A stretch of DNA of 64,000 bases from Clostridia bacterium. GTDB lineage: Bacteria; Bacillota; Clostridia; Oscillospirales; CAG-272. Shown in pieces: positions 7,044-15,965 of this stretch. The position numbers and the translations under genes are program-made. Each line of letters starts with the position of its first letter. Position 1 is the stretch's first letter. Where the stretch lies: the NCBI GenBank assembly GCA_017452475.1, contig JAFTMJ010000075.1:2962-66961 (forward strand), read 5' to 3'. The notes beneath the pieces are model-generated. The model was given only the letters and a program-made list of their open reading frames with translations, searched no databases and had not been told where the DNA came from.

Positions 7044-7982
7044 GCCAAAATCGGCTTAAAATGGACAAAATTAAGCCGTTTCGAGCGATTTTGAGATAAA
7101 AATTTAAAAAATTAGTGTTCAAAATTAAAAAATGCCCCAAGTTTGCGTTGGGACAAATGTGATTTTCGAGCAAGACTCGAAAGTTTATTTTACAGCAGTT
7201 TAGTATAACATATCGAAAGGAGATTACCAAAAGTGACGTATGGTATCATAAAGAACAAAGACGGTTCGACATATGTGTCACCGATCTTTGCTTTGAAATA
7301 TGTTGGGTGGAAGTCAGAAGCGATTATCTTTGATGAAACATTTTCAAAAATCAAAAGAATAAAATTACATGACACTAGATTAGGTGGAATTGGCAGAACT
7401 GTATTTGTGATTGAAAACGACTTTGATACAAGCAAAGGCGATTGGGCTGGCTTTGATTGGGTAATCAATGATAAAGCACTTTTTAAGGCACTTCGTTCAA
7501 AAAAAGGAGCAGATATAGAGTTGTTCCCTTTGTTCAAAAATCATTGCAAAGAAATCCAATTGCCAGACTTTTTTGAAATAAAAGACGATAAAGATATCGC
7601 GGCTCTTGAAGGCGTTTCATTTGGTTTTCACGATTCTCTTATAAGTGAGTATGTGGAGAACGGAAATAGTATCGTAGTACGTTTCGATACCACTTGGGGT
7701 TGCTACATTACCGCGACTTTTGAAGACGTTATAGAAGCTGACTTCAAGGAGAAAGTTGGTCAGATATTAGATTCCGAAATCAAGAAAACGGATGAGGGAT
7801 TCTCATTCACTGTACTGGATGGCTTTGCAGGTTGGATTGACGGCTGTGATTACGACTCGGAAATGGGAGAGCCATACATTAAGTGTAAAAAGATTTTTTG
7901 GCAAATTGAAATTGCTTAAAATATACCTTTTGGCTTTACAACCCCGTTTTTGACACAAAAATATACCTTTTGTACTCTTGCA
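7031..7982 (+). mobile_element. Possible decayed or cis-mobilizable insert at the rumA 3' end, with no recombinase present
   Basis: Bracketed by duplicated rumA 3' ends. It is AT-rich, by eye its codon choice (AAA over AAG for Lys) differs from the flanking genes, and it carries a single orphan ORF. Confidence 0.35.
7233..7919 (+). CDS. Hypothetical acidic cytoplasmic protein, 228 aa
   Basis: GTG start 9 nt after AAGGAG. No signal peptide or TM segment and no motif I recognise. Confidence 0.6.
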   Translation: MTYGIIKNKDGSTYVSPIFALKYVGWKSEAIIFDETFSKIKRIKLHDTRLGGIGRTVFVIENDFDTSKGDWAGFDWVINDKALFKALRSKKGADIELFPLFKNHCKEIQLPDFFEIKDDKDIAALEGVSFGFHDSLISEYVENGNSIVVRFDTTWGCYITATFEDVIEADFKEKVGQILDSEIKKTDEGFSFTVLDGFAGWIDGCDYDSEMGEPYIKCKKIFWQIEIA

Positions 7983-8028
7983 CCACGTAGAAAGTGTCGT
8001 TTGTCTTAAACGACAGATTCAACAGTGA
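7978..8028 (+). pseudogene. Displaced remnant of the rumA/rlmD 3' end
   Basis: Reads L-H-H-V-E-S-V-V-C-L-K-R-Q-I-Q-Q-stop, paralleling the intact C-terminus SHVESVVCLSRK-stop. It includes direct repeat copy 2 at 7983-8006. Confidence 0.7.
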
Positions 8029-8189
8029 ATTACAACCTTGCGGTTGCGTGAATTGAGCAGAGAAACTCATAAATTGGCATCGCCATGAATTGCGCTGCAG
8101 CACGTTGTGGTTGCAAGTCAATTTATGGAGCAAAGTGGAAAATCATGGCGTCAAAAAGAAGAAAGCGGATGGCGACAAAAAGAAAACAG

Positions 8190-8218
8190 TTGACTATGTA
8201 AAATAAATATGATAAAAT
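8190..8218 (+). promoter_or_regulatory. Sigma-A type promoter of the beta-helix lipoprotein gene
   Basis: TTGACT, 17-nt spacer, TAAAAT. Confidence 0.55.
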
Positions 8219-8257
8219 ATATATGTATAAATTCCTACCCCCAAAAAGGAGAACAAA

Positions 8258-10129
8258 ATGAAAAAGCTTTTTGCACTGTTATTAGCAATGATTTGCGCTT
8301 TGATGATTGTTTCCTGTGGTGATGAGGAGGGTACAGCTCCTTCAACTCCATCATCTGCAGCTACCACATCAAGCGATACAGGTACCCCTCCAAAGCCTGA
8401 TCAACCGCTTGGTCCAAGCGATACATATCAGCCGCCTGCTGACTATGATAAGCCAACCGTACAAGAGGTTTTGGGTGAGCTTATGAATGTGTTCACTGCA
8501 GAGGACACCTTCGGTAACGAAAGCAAGGTTCAGTCCTTTACCGATTATACCGATATTGATGTTTCCAAGGTAACAAACACACAGGTTGTTATCAGCCAAG
8601 GCGGTGTTTACAGGGTTCACGGCAAAAACGCCAACTGTCAGCTCTACCTAAAGGCGCAGGAGAAGGGCACACAGAAGGTTTACCTGCTTTTAGACGGGCT
8701 TGACCTTTCATACAGTGGCTCCAGCCCTGTTATCTTTGCAGATGACTTTAAAGAGGTTCACATTGTTTTGGCAAAGGGCTCATACAATACCCTCCGGGAT
8801 AGCGCAACAAACGGTGAAAACGGTGCTATCAAGGTTAAATCCTGCAATTTGGTTTTAGACGGCACAGGCAAGCTCACCATTACCGCAAACGCAAAGCACG
8901 GCATTTCCAACACCAAGGAGCTTACTATTAATGGCGGTAATTACAACATTACCTCCGTTGGTCACGGTATATACGGTAAGCAGGGTGTTATCATTAACGG
9001 CGGTAAGTACAATATCAGCTCTGCAAAGAGTGGCATTAAAGCGGGTGATGATGAGGTTGGCAACGAATATGTTGGCAAAATCGAAATTAACTCAGGCAGC
9101 ATAAAAATCCGTAGCACAACAAACGGTATTAACAGCTACGGTACAGTTTCTATCATCAACGGCAGAATTACAGTTGAATCTAACGGCAAGGGTATTGTTG
9201 CCACAAATGACCTTAACATAAGCGGCGGCACACTTATCCTTAGCACCGTTGAGGATACAATTAAGAGTGATGCTTCGGTTAACATTACAGGCAAGGCAAA
9301 TATTAAGATTACCACAAACGGTAACGGAGTTGAGGCAGTAAATGCAACCGTTTCCACAACGGGCGTTATCTACATCAAAACAATGCCTGTATTTACAAAG
9401 GATGTTACGGGCTCCTACATTTATGTAAACGGCGCATATGTTCATATTGAGGACACAGATGATGACTCAGGCGAAAGATATGCGGTTGCCGAGTGCAAGG
9501 GCTTTGAAATTAAGGAAAAGCTCACATTAAACAAGGCAACTATCGGTGTTGACTCCTTTGAGGACGGTCTTAATGCCGCAACCGTTGATGCTCAAAGCGG
9601 CAAATTGGTTATCAGCACAACCAGGGACGGTGTGGACGCTTCTAACGAGGTTGTAATCGGCGGCACAGTCAATGTGAACATTGTTGACTCCAATAAGGGC
9701 ATAAAGGCTGCTACAAAGGTTACATTGAGCGCAGGCGAAACAACCGTAACTGCAGATACAGATGCTATCAAGGCAGACACAGTTTCTATCGTTTCAGGTA
9801 AGCATATATTGTTTGAAAAGGTTGAGTATGTAACTGACTTTACAATAAGAGGCGGCGTGCTTCTTTGCGTATCTACAACAAACAATCCCGTTTCAATTAA
9901 AGCAACTATCCCTAATGCATCAGGCGTGATTGTAAATAAGGATATGTGCAAAAACGGTCAGCTTTTAACCCTCGCTATGGGTACTGAAACCGTTGGTGTT
10001 GTTTTAACAAAGGACTTTACTGAAAAGATGTCCGTTTTATATGCGGCGCCCTCACAGGGACAGTGTCTTGTAATCATCGGTCAGGATGAAAAGAGGGAAA
10101 CCCTTGTACAAGGCTCCTTCTACGGTTAA
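8258..10129 (+). CDS. Lipoprotein with a parallel beta-helix carbohydrate-binding domain (Cthe_2159-like)
   Basis: Signal peptide with lipobox MIVSC, a Pro/Ser/Thr linker, then repeated turns (INGGNYNITS, INGGKYNISS, INSGSIKIRS, ISGGTLILST). Confidence 0.7.
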   Translation: MKKLFALLLAMICALMIVSCGDEEGTAPSTPSSAATTSSDTGTPPKPDQPLGPSDTYQPPADYDKPTVQEVLGELMNVFTAEDTFGNESKVQSFTDYTDIDVSKVTNTQVVISQGGVYRVHGKNANCQLYLKAQEKGTQKVYLLLDGLDLSYSGSSPVIFADDFKEVHIVLAKGSYNTLRDSATNGENGAIKVKSCNLVLDGTGKLTITANAKHGISNTKELTINGGNYNITSVGHGIYGKQGVIINGGKYNISSAKSGIKAGDDEVGNEYVGKIEINSGSIKIRSTTNGINSYGTVSIINGRITVESNGKGIVATNDLNISGGTLILSTVEDTIKSDASVNITGKANIKITTNGNGVEAVNATVSTTGVIYIKTMPVFTKDVTGSYIYVNGAYVHIEDTDDDSGERYAVAECKGFEIKEKLTLNKATIGVDSFEDGLNAATVDAQSGKLVISTTRDGVDASNEVVIGGTVNVNIVDSNKGIKAATKVTLSAGETTVTADTDAIKADTVSIVSGKHILFEKVEYVTDFTIRGGVLLCVSTTNNPVSIKATIPNASGVIVNKDMCKNGQLLTLAMGTETVGVVLTKDFTEKMSVLYAAPSQGQCLVIIGQDEKRETLVQGSFYG

Positions 10130-10168
10130 TAAAAGAATAGCCTCCCCAAGCTTGGGGAGGCTAAAATT

Positions 10169-11551
10169 TTATTTGCTTTCAGCATTTAACGGAGAAGAGT
10201 AATTTGCTTCACACTTGTCAATAACAGCAAGGATGATGGCATAAATAAAGGTAGGATAAATATTAAAGAAGTGGTTGTCAAGCATGCTTGTCAGCAGAAG
10301 AGAAGCGATGCAAAGCGCAGAGAACAACGTAAATATACTGCGTTTTTTCCACATCAATACAACCGTTTGAAACCTATGGAACAAATAAGCTAAAAGACCT
10401 ACAATTCCGCAGGTGCCAAGGAGCTGAACAAATGTGTTGTGATATCTGTCGGGCATAAAGATTGCAAACTCATACTCCTGCGCCTTGGCAGAAGAGAAGC
10501 CGCCGCCAAAAACAGGGTGGTTAAGGAAGTTTTCAATGCCTCGCCTGTAAATATCAAATCTGCCGTTGTCGTCAAATCCACGGGATAAGTAGTCGCCCAA
10601 AATGTTAGAAATCTTGCTCCAAAGAACAATAATTCCAATAATTCCAACCGCAATAATTCCCACGGTAATTATGCGGTTGATTTTTTTGTTGCAGCCTGCA
10701 AAGCAGCACACAATAGCGCATACACCGATTATTAATGTGGAAATTAACAGAGAGGAACGGCTTAGGGAAAGAACAATTGCTAAATATGACACAAGCCCGC
10801 TTCCGTAAAACAGGAATCCAAACCTTTTTGCCGTGCAAGCAAAATAGAAGTGGGAAGGTAATAAAAAGGCAAGCAATCCGCCCATATTGTTCCACATTCC
10901 CCAACCAAACATTACGCTTTCCTTTACAATTTCACCGTTTACAAGCTCTATTTGATAAATAAATGAAAGAAAAAACTGAAGGGTAGCCATTATAGAAATT
11001 AAATAAAGGACAAAGAAAAGGTATTTCTTTGTGTCCCCTGCGTCGGGCAACCCAGTTCTGAAAAGAAAGAATATGACGCCTGTGGAGATTATCATAACTA
11101 ATGCAAAGGCAATGTTACCAAAAGTATATTCGTCAAAATTAAAAAAACCGTTTAGCAAATATGCACCGCAAAGGGCAACAAAGCCCCAAAAAAGCTTTGA
11201 TTTGTAAAAGCCCTTAAAGTCACTGCTTTTTTTGTGAATAACAAAGTGAAGCACCATAATGGTAACAAGATAAACCGCAAAAATTACTATTGCAACAATA
11301 TACGGAGTCTTGTAAAATATTCCGCTTTTCACGCTTTTTTGGGAAAACATCAAAATAAATGTAATAATGGGCGTGATAAAGAAGCGTAAATCCTCACACA
11401 GTATAAAGCCAAAGGCAACCGTAATTCCATATACGGCGATGCCGAAGGGTTCAATAGAGAAGGTGTGGGTAATTAGTGCGGTAGCAACTATTAAAATTGG
11501 GTAGTAATAGCTGTTTAAAAAATCCTTTGTCTTGTGTAAAAATCTTTCCAT
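10169..11551 (-). CDS. O-antigen ligase / polymerase (Wzy_C) family membrane protein
   Basis: 460 aa with at least 10 hydrophobic helices, and a central motif LAIVLSLSRSSLLISTLI followed by a large loop. Confidence 0.65.
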   Translation of the reverse strand: MERFLHKTKDFLNSYYYPILIVATALITHTFSIEPFGIAVYGITVAFGFILCEDLRFFITPIITFILMFSQKSVKSGIFYKTPYIVAIVIFAVYLVTIMVLHFVIHKKSSDFKGFYKSKLFWGFVALCGAYLLNGFFNFDEYTFGNIAFALVMIISTGVIFFLFRTGLPDAGDTKKYLFFVLYLISIMATLQFFLSFIYQIELVNGEIVKESVMFGWGMWNNMGGLLAFLLPSHFYFACTAKRFGFLFYGSGLVSYLAIVLSLSRSSLLISTLIIGVCAIVCCFAGCNKKINRIITVGIIAVGIIGIIVLWSKISNILGDYLSRGFDDNGRFDIYRRGIENFLNHPVFGGGFSSAKAQEYEFAIFMPDRYHNTFVQLLGTCGIVGLLAYLFHRFQTVVLMWKKRSIFTLFSALCIASLLLTSMLDNHFFNIYPTFIYAIILAVIDKCEANYSSPLNAESK

Positions 11552-11628
11552 AATCCTCCTGCATTATTAATAAAGAATAAAAAATAGGAATTCGGAATAA
11601 AGAAATCCGAATTCCTACATTAGTAAGA

Positions 11629-12468
11629 TTATTTTTTGTTTTTCTTTTTGGAGCTCTTTTCGTTACTTGTGTCAGTCTTGTCCTCTTCGCCGTAGCCGTA
11701 GCCGCCGTACTGACCGTAGCCGTAATAGTGACCGTACTTGCTGTACTTGCCGTACCTGCCGTACTTACCGCCGTAACCGTACTTCTTGTATCTACCGTAA
11801 TACTTCTTGTAGTAGTTATTGTAGTAAGAGCCGTTTCTCATAGGAATACGGTTAAGGATAGCACCAAGCACCCTACAGTTACTCTTTTCAAGCTGGAGCT
11901 TAACATCCTGTGCAAATCTGTAGCTGATTTCGTTTGCGGTGATAACTAAAATAGCACCGTCAACAAAAGCAGAAATAGCAGAAGCATCAATAACCGCGCC
12001 AAGAGGGGCAGCGTCGACAATTACATAGTCATACTTTTCTCTTGCGTCAGCAAGCAAAGCCTGGAACTTAGCGGAGCCGAGAAGCTCAACAGGGTTTGGT
12101 GGAACCGCGCCCGCAAAAATCATATGAAGATTTTCATTTTGAGTAGCGTAAAAAATATCATCCAAGGTTGCTTGACCGGACAAATATTCGCTAAGACCTA
12201 AAATTTCATTTGCGTTTTGTGTATACTTTGTTGCAAAAACGGACTTGCGAAGGTCGGCGTCAACAAGCAAAACCTTCTTTTCCGAAATAGCCAAGGACTT
12301 GGAAAGCTCCAAGGAAATAGTACTCTTACCTTCGTTCTTAACGCAGCTTGTGATAAGAACTGTCTTAATGTCATCACCGCAGAAAAGGAAGTTGGTACGT
12401 AAAGCCTTGAAAGCCTCGCGAACTGAGTAGTTTAACTTTTTAGTTTCATTTAATACTGTAGATTTCAT
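11629..12468 (-). CDS. CpsD/CapB-family tyrosine autokinase (BY-kinase) with a hyper-extended Tyr/Gly tail
   Basis: Walker A (SCVKNEGKST), Walker A' (LLVDADLR) and Walker B (VIVDAAP). The C-terminus has 19 Tyr in 47 residues. Confidence 0.85.
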   Translation of the reverse strand: MKSTVLNETKKLNYSVREAFKALRTNFLFCGDDIKTVLITSCVKNEGKSTISLELSKSLAISEKKVLLVDADLRKSVFATKYTQNANEILGLSEYLSGQATLDDIFYATQNENLHMIFAGAVPPNPVELLGSAKFQALLADAREKYDYVIVDAAPLGAVIDASAISAFVDGAILVITANEISYRFAQDVKLQLEKSNCRVLGAILNRIPMRNGSYYNNYYKKYYGRYKKYGYGGKYGRYGKYSKYGHYYGYGQYGGYGYGEEDKTDTSNEKSSKKKNKK

Positions 12469-12478
12469 CGTTTACACC

Positions 12479-13306
12479 TCATGCTTCGTCAATTTCAGGA
12501 ATAGCACCCAAAACGCTTAATCCAAGCTGCTTTTCAATATCATCCGGTGTCTTTACCTTATCATCAAAGATGAAAATAATAATCAATATAGCACAAACCA
12601 AAACAGCACCGATAGCGCCGAAGATAATAGCGTTTCTTGTTGCATTCGCATTGGAAGGCTCGCGTGGAACTGTACCGGAGGTGGAGATGCTTGTTCTGAT
12701 TGTGTCAACCTGCATAAACTCGTTAATGTGTGCGTGGAACAAGCACATCACAGCATTTGAAATAGCAGCGGAAAGCTTTGCATTTTCAGTGGTAGCAGTA
12801 ACGGAAACGATACAGGTTTCATCATCTGATGTTACCTCAATGTGGTTGCGGATGTAGCTGCCTGTAATGCCCTCAGAGCCAAAATGCTGGCTAAAGTAAG
12901 CAGAGAAGGATGAGCCTACATTCATAATTTTGTCATCGCAAAGCGCCTTTGTTAGCGCAATGTCAGCATCGGTTTCGGGTGTTGCGCCATTGTGCTTGTT
13001 TAATGCCTCTGCAACCTTATCGCAATAGTCACCCATAATAAGCTCACTACTTGTTTTGGTGAGCTGCTTACCGATGGACCAGTCCTCGGCCTCGGTAGTT
13101 GTACTCGAAGAGGTATTTATAATAAATATCTCGGTTGTGGATGTGTACTCCTCAGTAACAAAGAAGCTTGTCCACAAAAATGCGATTATAGCAAAACAGA
13201 GAACAACAAGTGCGATAATCCAAAGCTTGCTTAAAAGAAAGTTTGCTATATCTCTGATATCAAGTTCAGTGTTTTTCTTAGCAGGTGCGGTGTTGTTAGA
13301 ATCCAT
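12479..13306 (-). CDS. Wzz/CpsC-type chain-length determinant (BY-kinase transmembrane modulator)
   Basis: N-terminal TM (LWIIALVVLCFAIIAFLW), C-terminal TM (IIFGAIGAVLVCAILIIIFIF), and the C-terminal juxtamembrane DDKVKTPDDIE. It sits immediately upstream of the kinase gene. Confidence 0.75.
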   Translation of the reverse strand: MDSNNTAPAKKNTELDIRDIANFLLSKLWIIALVVLCFAIIAFLWTSFFVTEEYTSTTEIFIINTSSSTTTEAEDWSIGKQLTKTSSELIMGDYCDKVAEALNKHNGATPETDADIALTKALCDDKIMNVGSSFSAYFSQHFGSEGITGSYIRNHIEVTSDDETCIVSVTATTENAKLSAAISNAVMCLFHAHINEFMQVDTIRTSISTSGTVPREPSNANATRNAIIFGAIGAVLVCAILIIIFIFDDKVKTPDDIEKQLGLSVLGAIPEIDEA

Positions 13307-13316
13307 TTTATACTCC

Positions 13317-14063
13317 TTAGAATTTTTTTTCGTTCAAAAGAATTGATAGGGGCTTTCTGCAAAAAACATCGTTTGCGTATTCTTGACCGTATTTTTTGGA
13401 AATAACCTCATAGGCATTTGATAGCCGTGGCGGCAGGCTTGAATCATTGTGCGCATCGGTAGCAACAATATCAACAAGCTTCTTTTTAAAGCAGCTCTTT
13501 AAAAAGCTTGCTATTCTGCCAAGCTTGAATCTTGTAACGGAACGGGCGTTAACCTGTAGCATAGCACCGCTTTCGCGCAAGCTTTCAGCCAAGGAGGGGT
13601 CCTTGATAAAGGCTGAATAGCGTTCAATGTGCGCAATAACAGGGCGGATACCCTTTCGCAAAAGCTTGATAATTGTGTTTTCAATTTCAAAGCCTGTGCA
13701 ATCCGGTGGAAATTCAATCAAAGCGTATGAGCTGTTTCCTAAAAAGTGGCATCTATTGTTGAAAAGAGAATCGCTGATATCGGCATGATACATTATCTCA
13801 TTTCCCAAATAGAGCTTAAGGTCGGGATATTTTTCATTTACATAATCACAGGCAACCTTAAACCTTCTGTCAAGCCTGCCCATATGAAAATGCATTTGCT
13901 CCTCATCCTCGAACTCAAATATTTTAAAGTGCGGTGTAAAGCATATATGCCGTATTCCGTCAGAATAGGCAATATCAATCATTTTTTTCATAGCATCCTC
14001 ATCCTGCGCGCCGTCATCAACACGGAAAAGCAGGTGGCAATGCAAATCAACAAAATCGACCAA
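13317..14063 (-). CDS. CpsB/CapC-type PHP-family protein-tyrosine phosphatase
   Basis: VDLHCHLLFRVDDGA at the N-terminus, plus TPH and ATDAH metal-binding motifs. Confidence 0.8.
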   Translation of the reverse strand: MVDFVDLHCHLLFRVDDGAQDEDAMKKMIDIAYSDGIRHICFTPHFKIFEFEDEEQMHFHMGRLDRRFKVACDYVNEKYPDLKLYLGNEIMYHADISDSLFNNRCHFLGNSSYALIEFPPDCTGFEIENTIIKLLRKGIRPVIAHIERYSAFIKDPSLAESLRESGAMLQVNARSVTRFKLGRIASFLKSCFKKKLVDIVATDAHNDSSLPPRLSNAYEVISKKYGQEYANDVFCRKPLSILLNEKKF

Positions 14064-14209
14064 GACTTTACTCCTTAAAATAAATTAGCAAGTTAATTCT
14101 AACACATTCGACCAATTTTGTCAATACTAAAATAATTATTATATATAATAAATGTAAAAGGTTTGACAAAACCTAATGTATTTGTTAAAATGGATGAAGA
14201 GGTGATTGA

Positions 14210-15859
14210 ATGAGAATTGTTTTATGCGCCATAAACAGTAAGTTTGTTCACTCAACCCTTGCCGTTTGGTATCTAAAGGCGGCAGCAGAGCAGGTGGGGT
14301 GCGAGTGTGCTGTTGTGGAAGGAACAATAAATGAAAGAGCAGATGAAATATACAACCGTATTGCTGCGTGCAATCCAACCCTTGTGGCGTTTTCAACATA
14401 CATATGGAATAAGGATAATGTTTTGCAAATTGCAAAAAGAGCTAAAGAGAGCTTGAATGCAGAGGTCCTGTTGGGCGGACCTGAGGTTAGCTATAATCAA
14501 GGAGAGCTTTTCGAAAAATACGGGTTTATAGATTACATTATTTCCGGCGAGGGAGAAGAGCCGTTTGCAAAGCTTTGCAGTGGCATCGACATAGAAAGCA
14601 TTGAAGGTGTTTCCTATAAAAAATGCGGGGGAGTGTTTATAAAACCGCCAAATATCAATAAAAATCTGCCGCCGAATCCCTATTCGAAGGAGTACTTGGA
14701 TGGACTGAATGGCAGGATAGCATACCTTGAAACAAGCAGGGGCTGCCCCTTTAGCTGCTCCTTTTGTCTGTCAGGCAGATGCGGCGGGGTGCGGTTCTTC
14801 AACTTAGAGCAATCAAAGAAAAATATCATTACCTTGGCGAACAGTGGCACACAAACGGTAAAGCTGGTGGACAGAACCTTTAATGCAAATAAGAAAAGGG
14901 CAAGGGAGCTTTTTAAGTTCATTATTGACCAATACGGAGTAAATATTCCAAAAGGCGTATGCTTCCATTTTGAAATTGAGGGCGAGCTTCTTGATGATGA
15001 AACGATAGAGGTATTAAGTAATGCGCCAAAGGGCTTGATACAATTTGAAATAGGCTTGCAAAGCTTTAATTCAAAAACTCTTGAGGCAATTAACAGAAAA
15101 ACAAATATGGAGCTTTTGACGGAAAACATTAAAAAGATAATTGCACTTGGCAATATCCATACTCACATTGATTTAATTGTAGGCTTGCCGTATGAAAATA
15201 TGAATAGCTTCAAGACAAGCTTTGAAAAAGCCATTGCCCTAAAACCGCATATGCTGCAAATCGGCTTTTTGAAGCTTCTTCACGGGGCAAAAATCAGGGA
15301 GGAGAGCGATACCTATAAAACTGTGTTTATCGACACTCCCCCATATGAAATAGTGTCAAATAACTGCATTTCACAAAAAGAAATGGACGAGCTGCATGCT
15401 TTTGAGGATGCATTTGAAAAAATGTACAATTCCCGTCGCTTTGCTCTAACCTGCTCTTATCTTTTCGGCTGCTTTGATAGCAGCTTTAGTATGTTCTTCG
15501 ACTTTGCCAAGTATTTACTTGAAAATCCTACGCCTAATACTCTTGATGATTTTACAAGGCAGATTTTTGAGTATTTTGGTAGGAAGGAGAGCGTTGACAA
15601 GAATTCATTAAGAGATGCCTTAGCCATAGACAGGCTTGCAACAAACCGTATGGGAGCTTTGCCCGAATTTTTGAAGGTTCGCTCTTTACATTTAAAAAAG
15701 GCGCTTAACATGCTTGAGGAAAACGAAAGCACAAAAAAGCCTAAAAATGTTAAAAGAGCCGCCACGGTTTTGTTAACAAAAAATTTACTTGCCTATGTGG
15801 ATTATGTGGAAAGTGATTATATAACTAACAGGTTTTTGGTAAAATTCACTAAACTTTGA
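14210..15859 (+). CDS. B12-binding-domain radical SAM protein with a DUF4080-like C-terminus
   Basis: N-terminal B12-like domain (RIVLCAINSKFVHSTLA) and radical SAM motif ETSRGCPFSCSFC. Confidence 0.75.
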   Translation: MRIVLCAINSKFVHSTLAVWYLKAAAEQVGCECAVVEGTINERADEIYNRIAACNPTLVAFSTYIWNKDNVLQIAKRAKESLNAEVLLGGPEVSYNQGELFEKYGFIDYIISGEGEEPFAKLCSGIDIESIEGVSYKKCGGVFIKPPNINKNLPPNPYSKEYLDGLNGRIAYLETSRGCPFSCSFCLSGRCGGVRFFNLEQSKKNIITLANSGTQTVKLVDRTFNANKKRARELFKFIIDQYGVNIPKGVCFHFEIEGELLDDETIEVLSNAPKGLIQFEIGLQSFNSKTLEAINRKTNMELLTENIKKIIALGNIHTHIDLIVGLPYENMNSFKTSFEKAIALKPHMLQIGFLKLLHGAKIREESDTYKTVFIDTPPYEIVSNNCISQKEMDELHAFEDAFEKMYNSRRFALTCSYLFGCFDSSFSMFFDFAKYLLENPTPNTLDDFTRQIFEYFGRKESVDKNSLRDALAIDRLATNRMGALPEFLKVRSLHLKKALNMLEENESTKKPKNVKRAATVLLTKNLLAYVDYVESDYITNRFLVKFTKL

Positions 15860-15965
15860 TATGGGTTAGTACTTATTTTTTATCTAATATTTATCGAAAA
15901 CTCTTGAATTTTTATTTAAAATGTAGTAAAATATTTACGAATAAATTATAAGGAAGGAAAATATC

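Noticed and set aside
11680-11850. A CCGTA-rich low-complexity DNA tract that could be a non-coding microsatellite or CRISPR-like repeat
   Set aside because: It lies in frame within the BY-kinase gene and encodes the Tyr/Gly tail. There is no repeat-spacer architecture.
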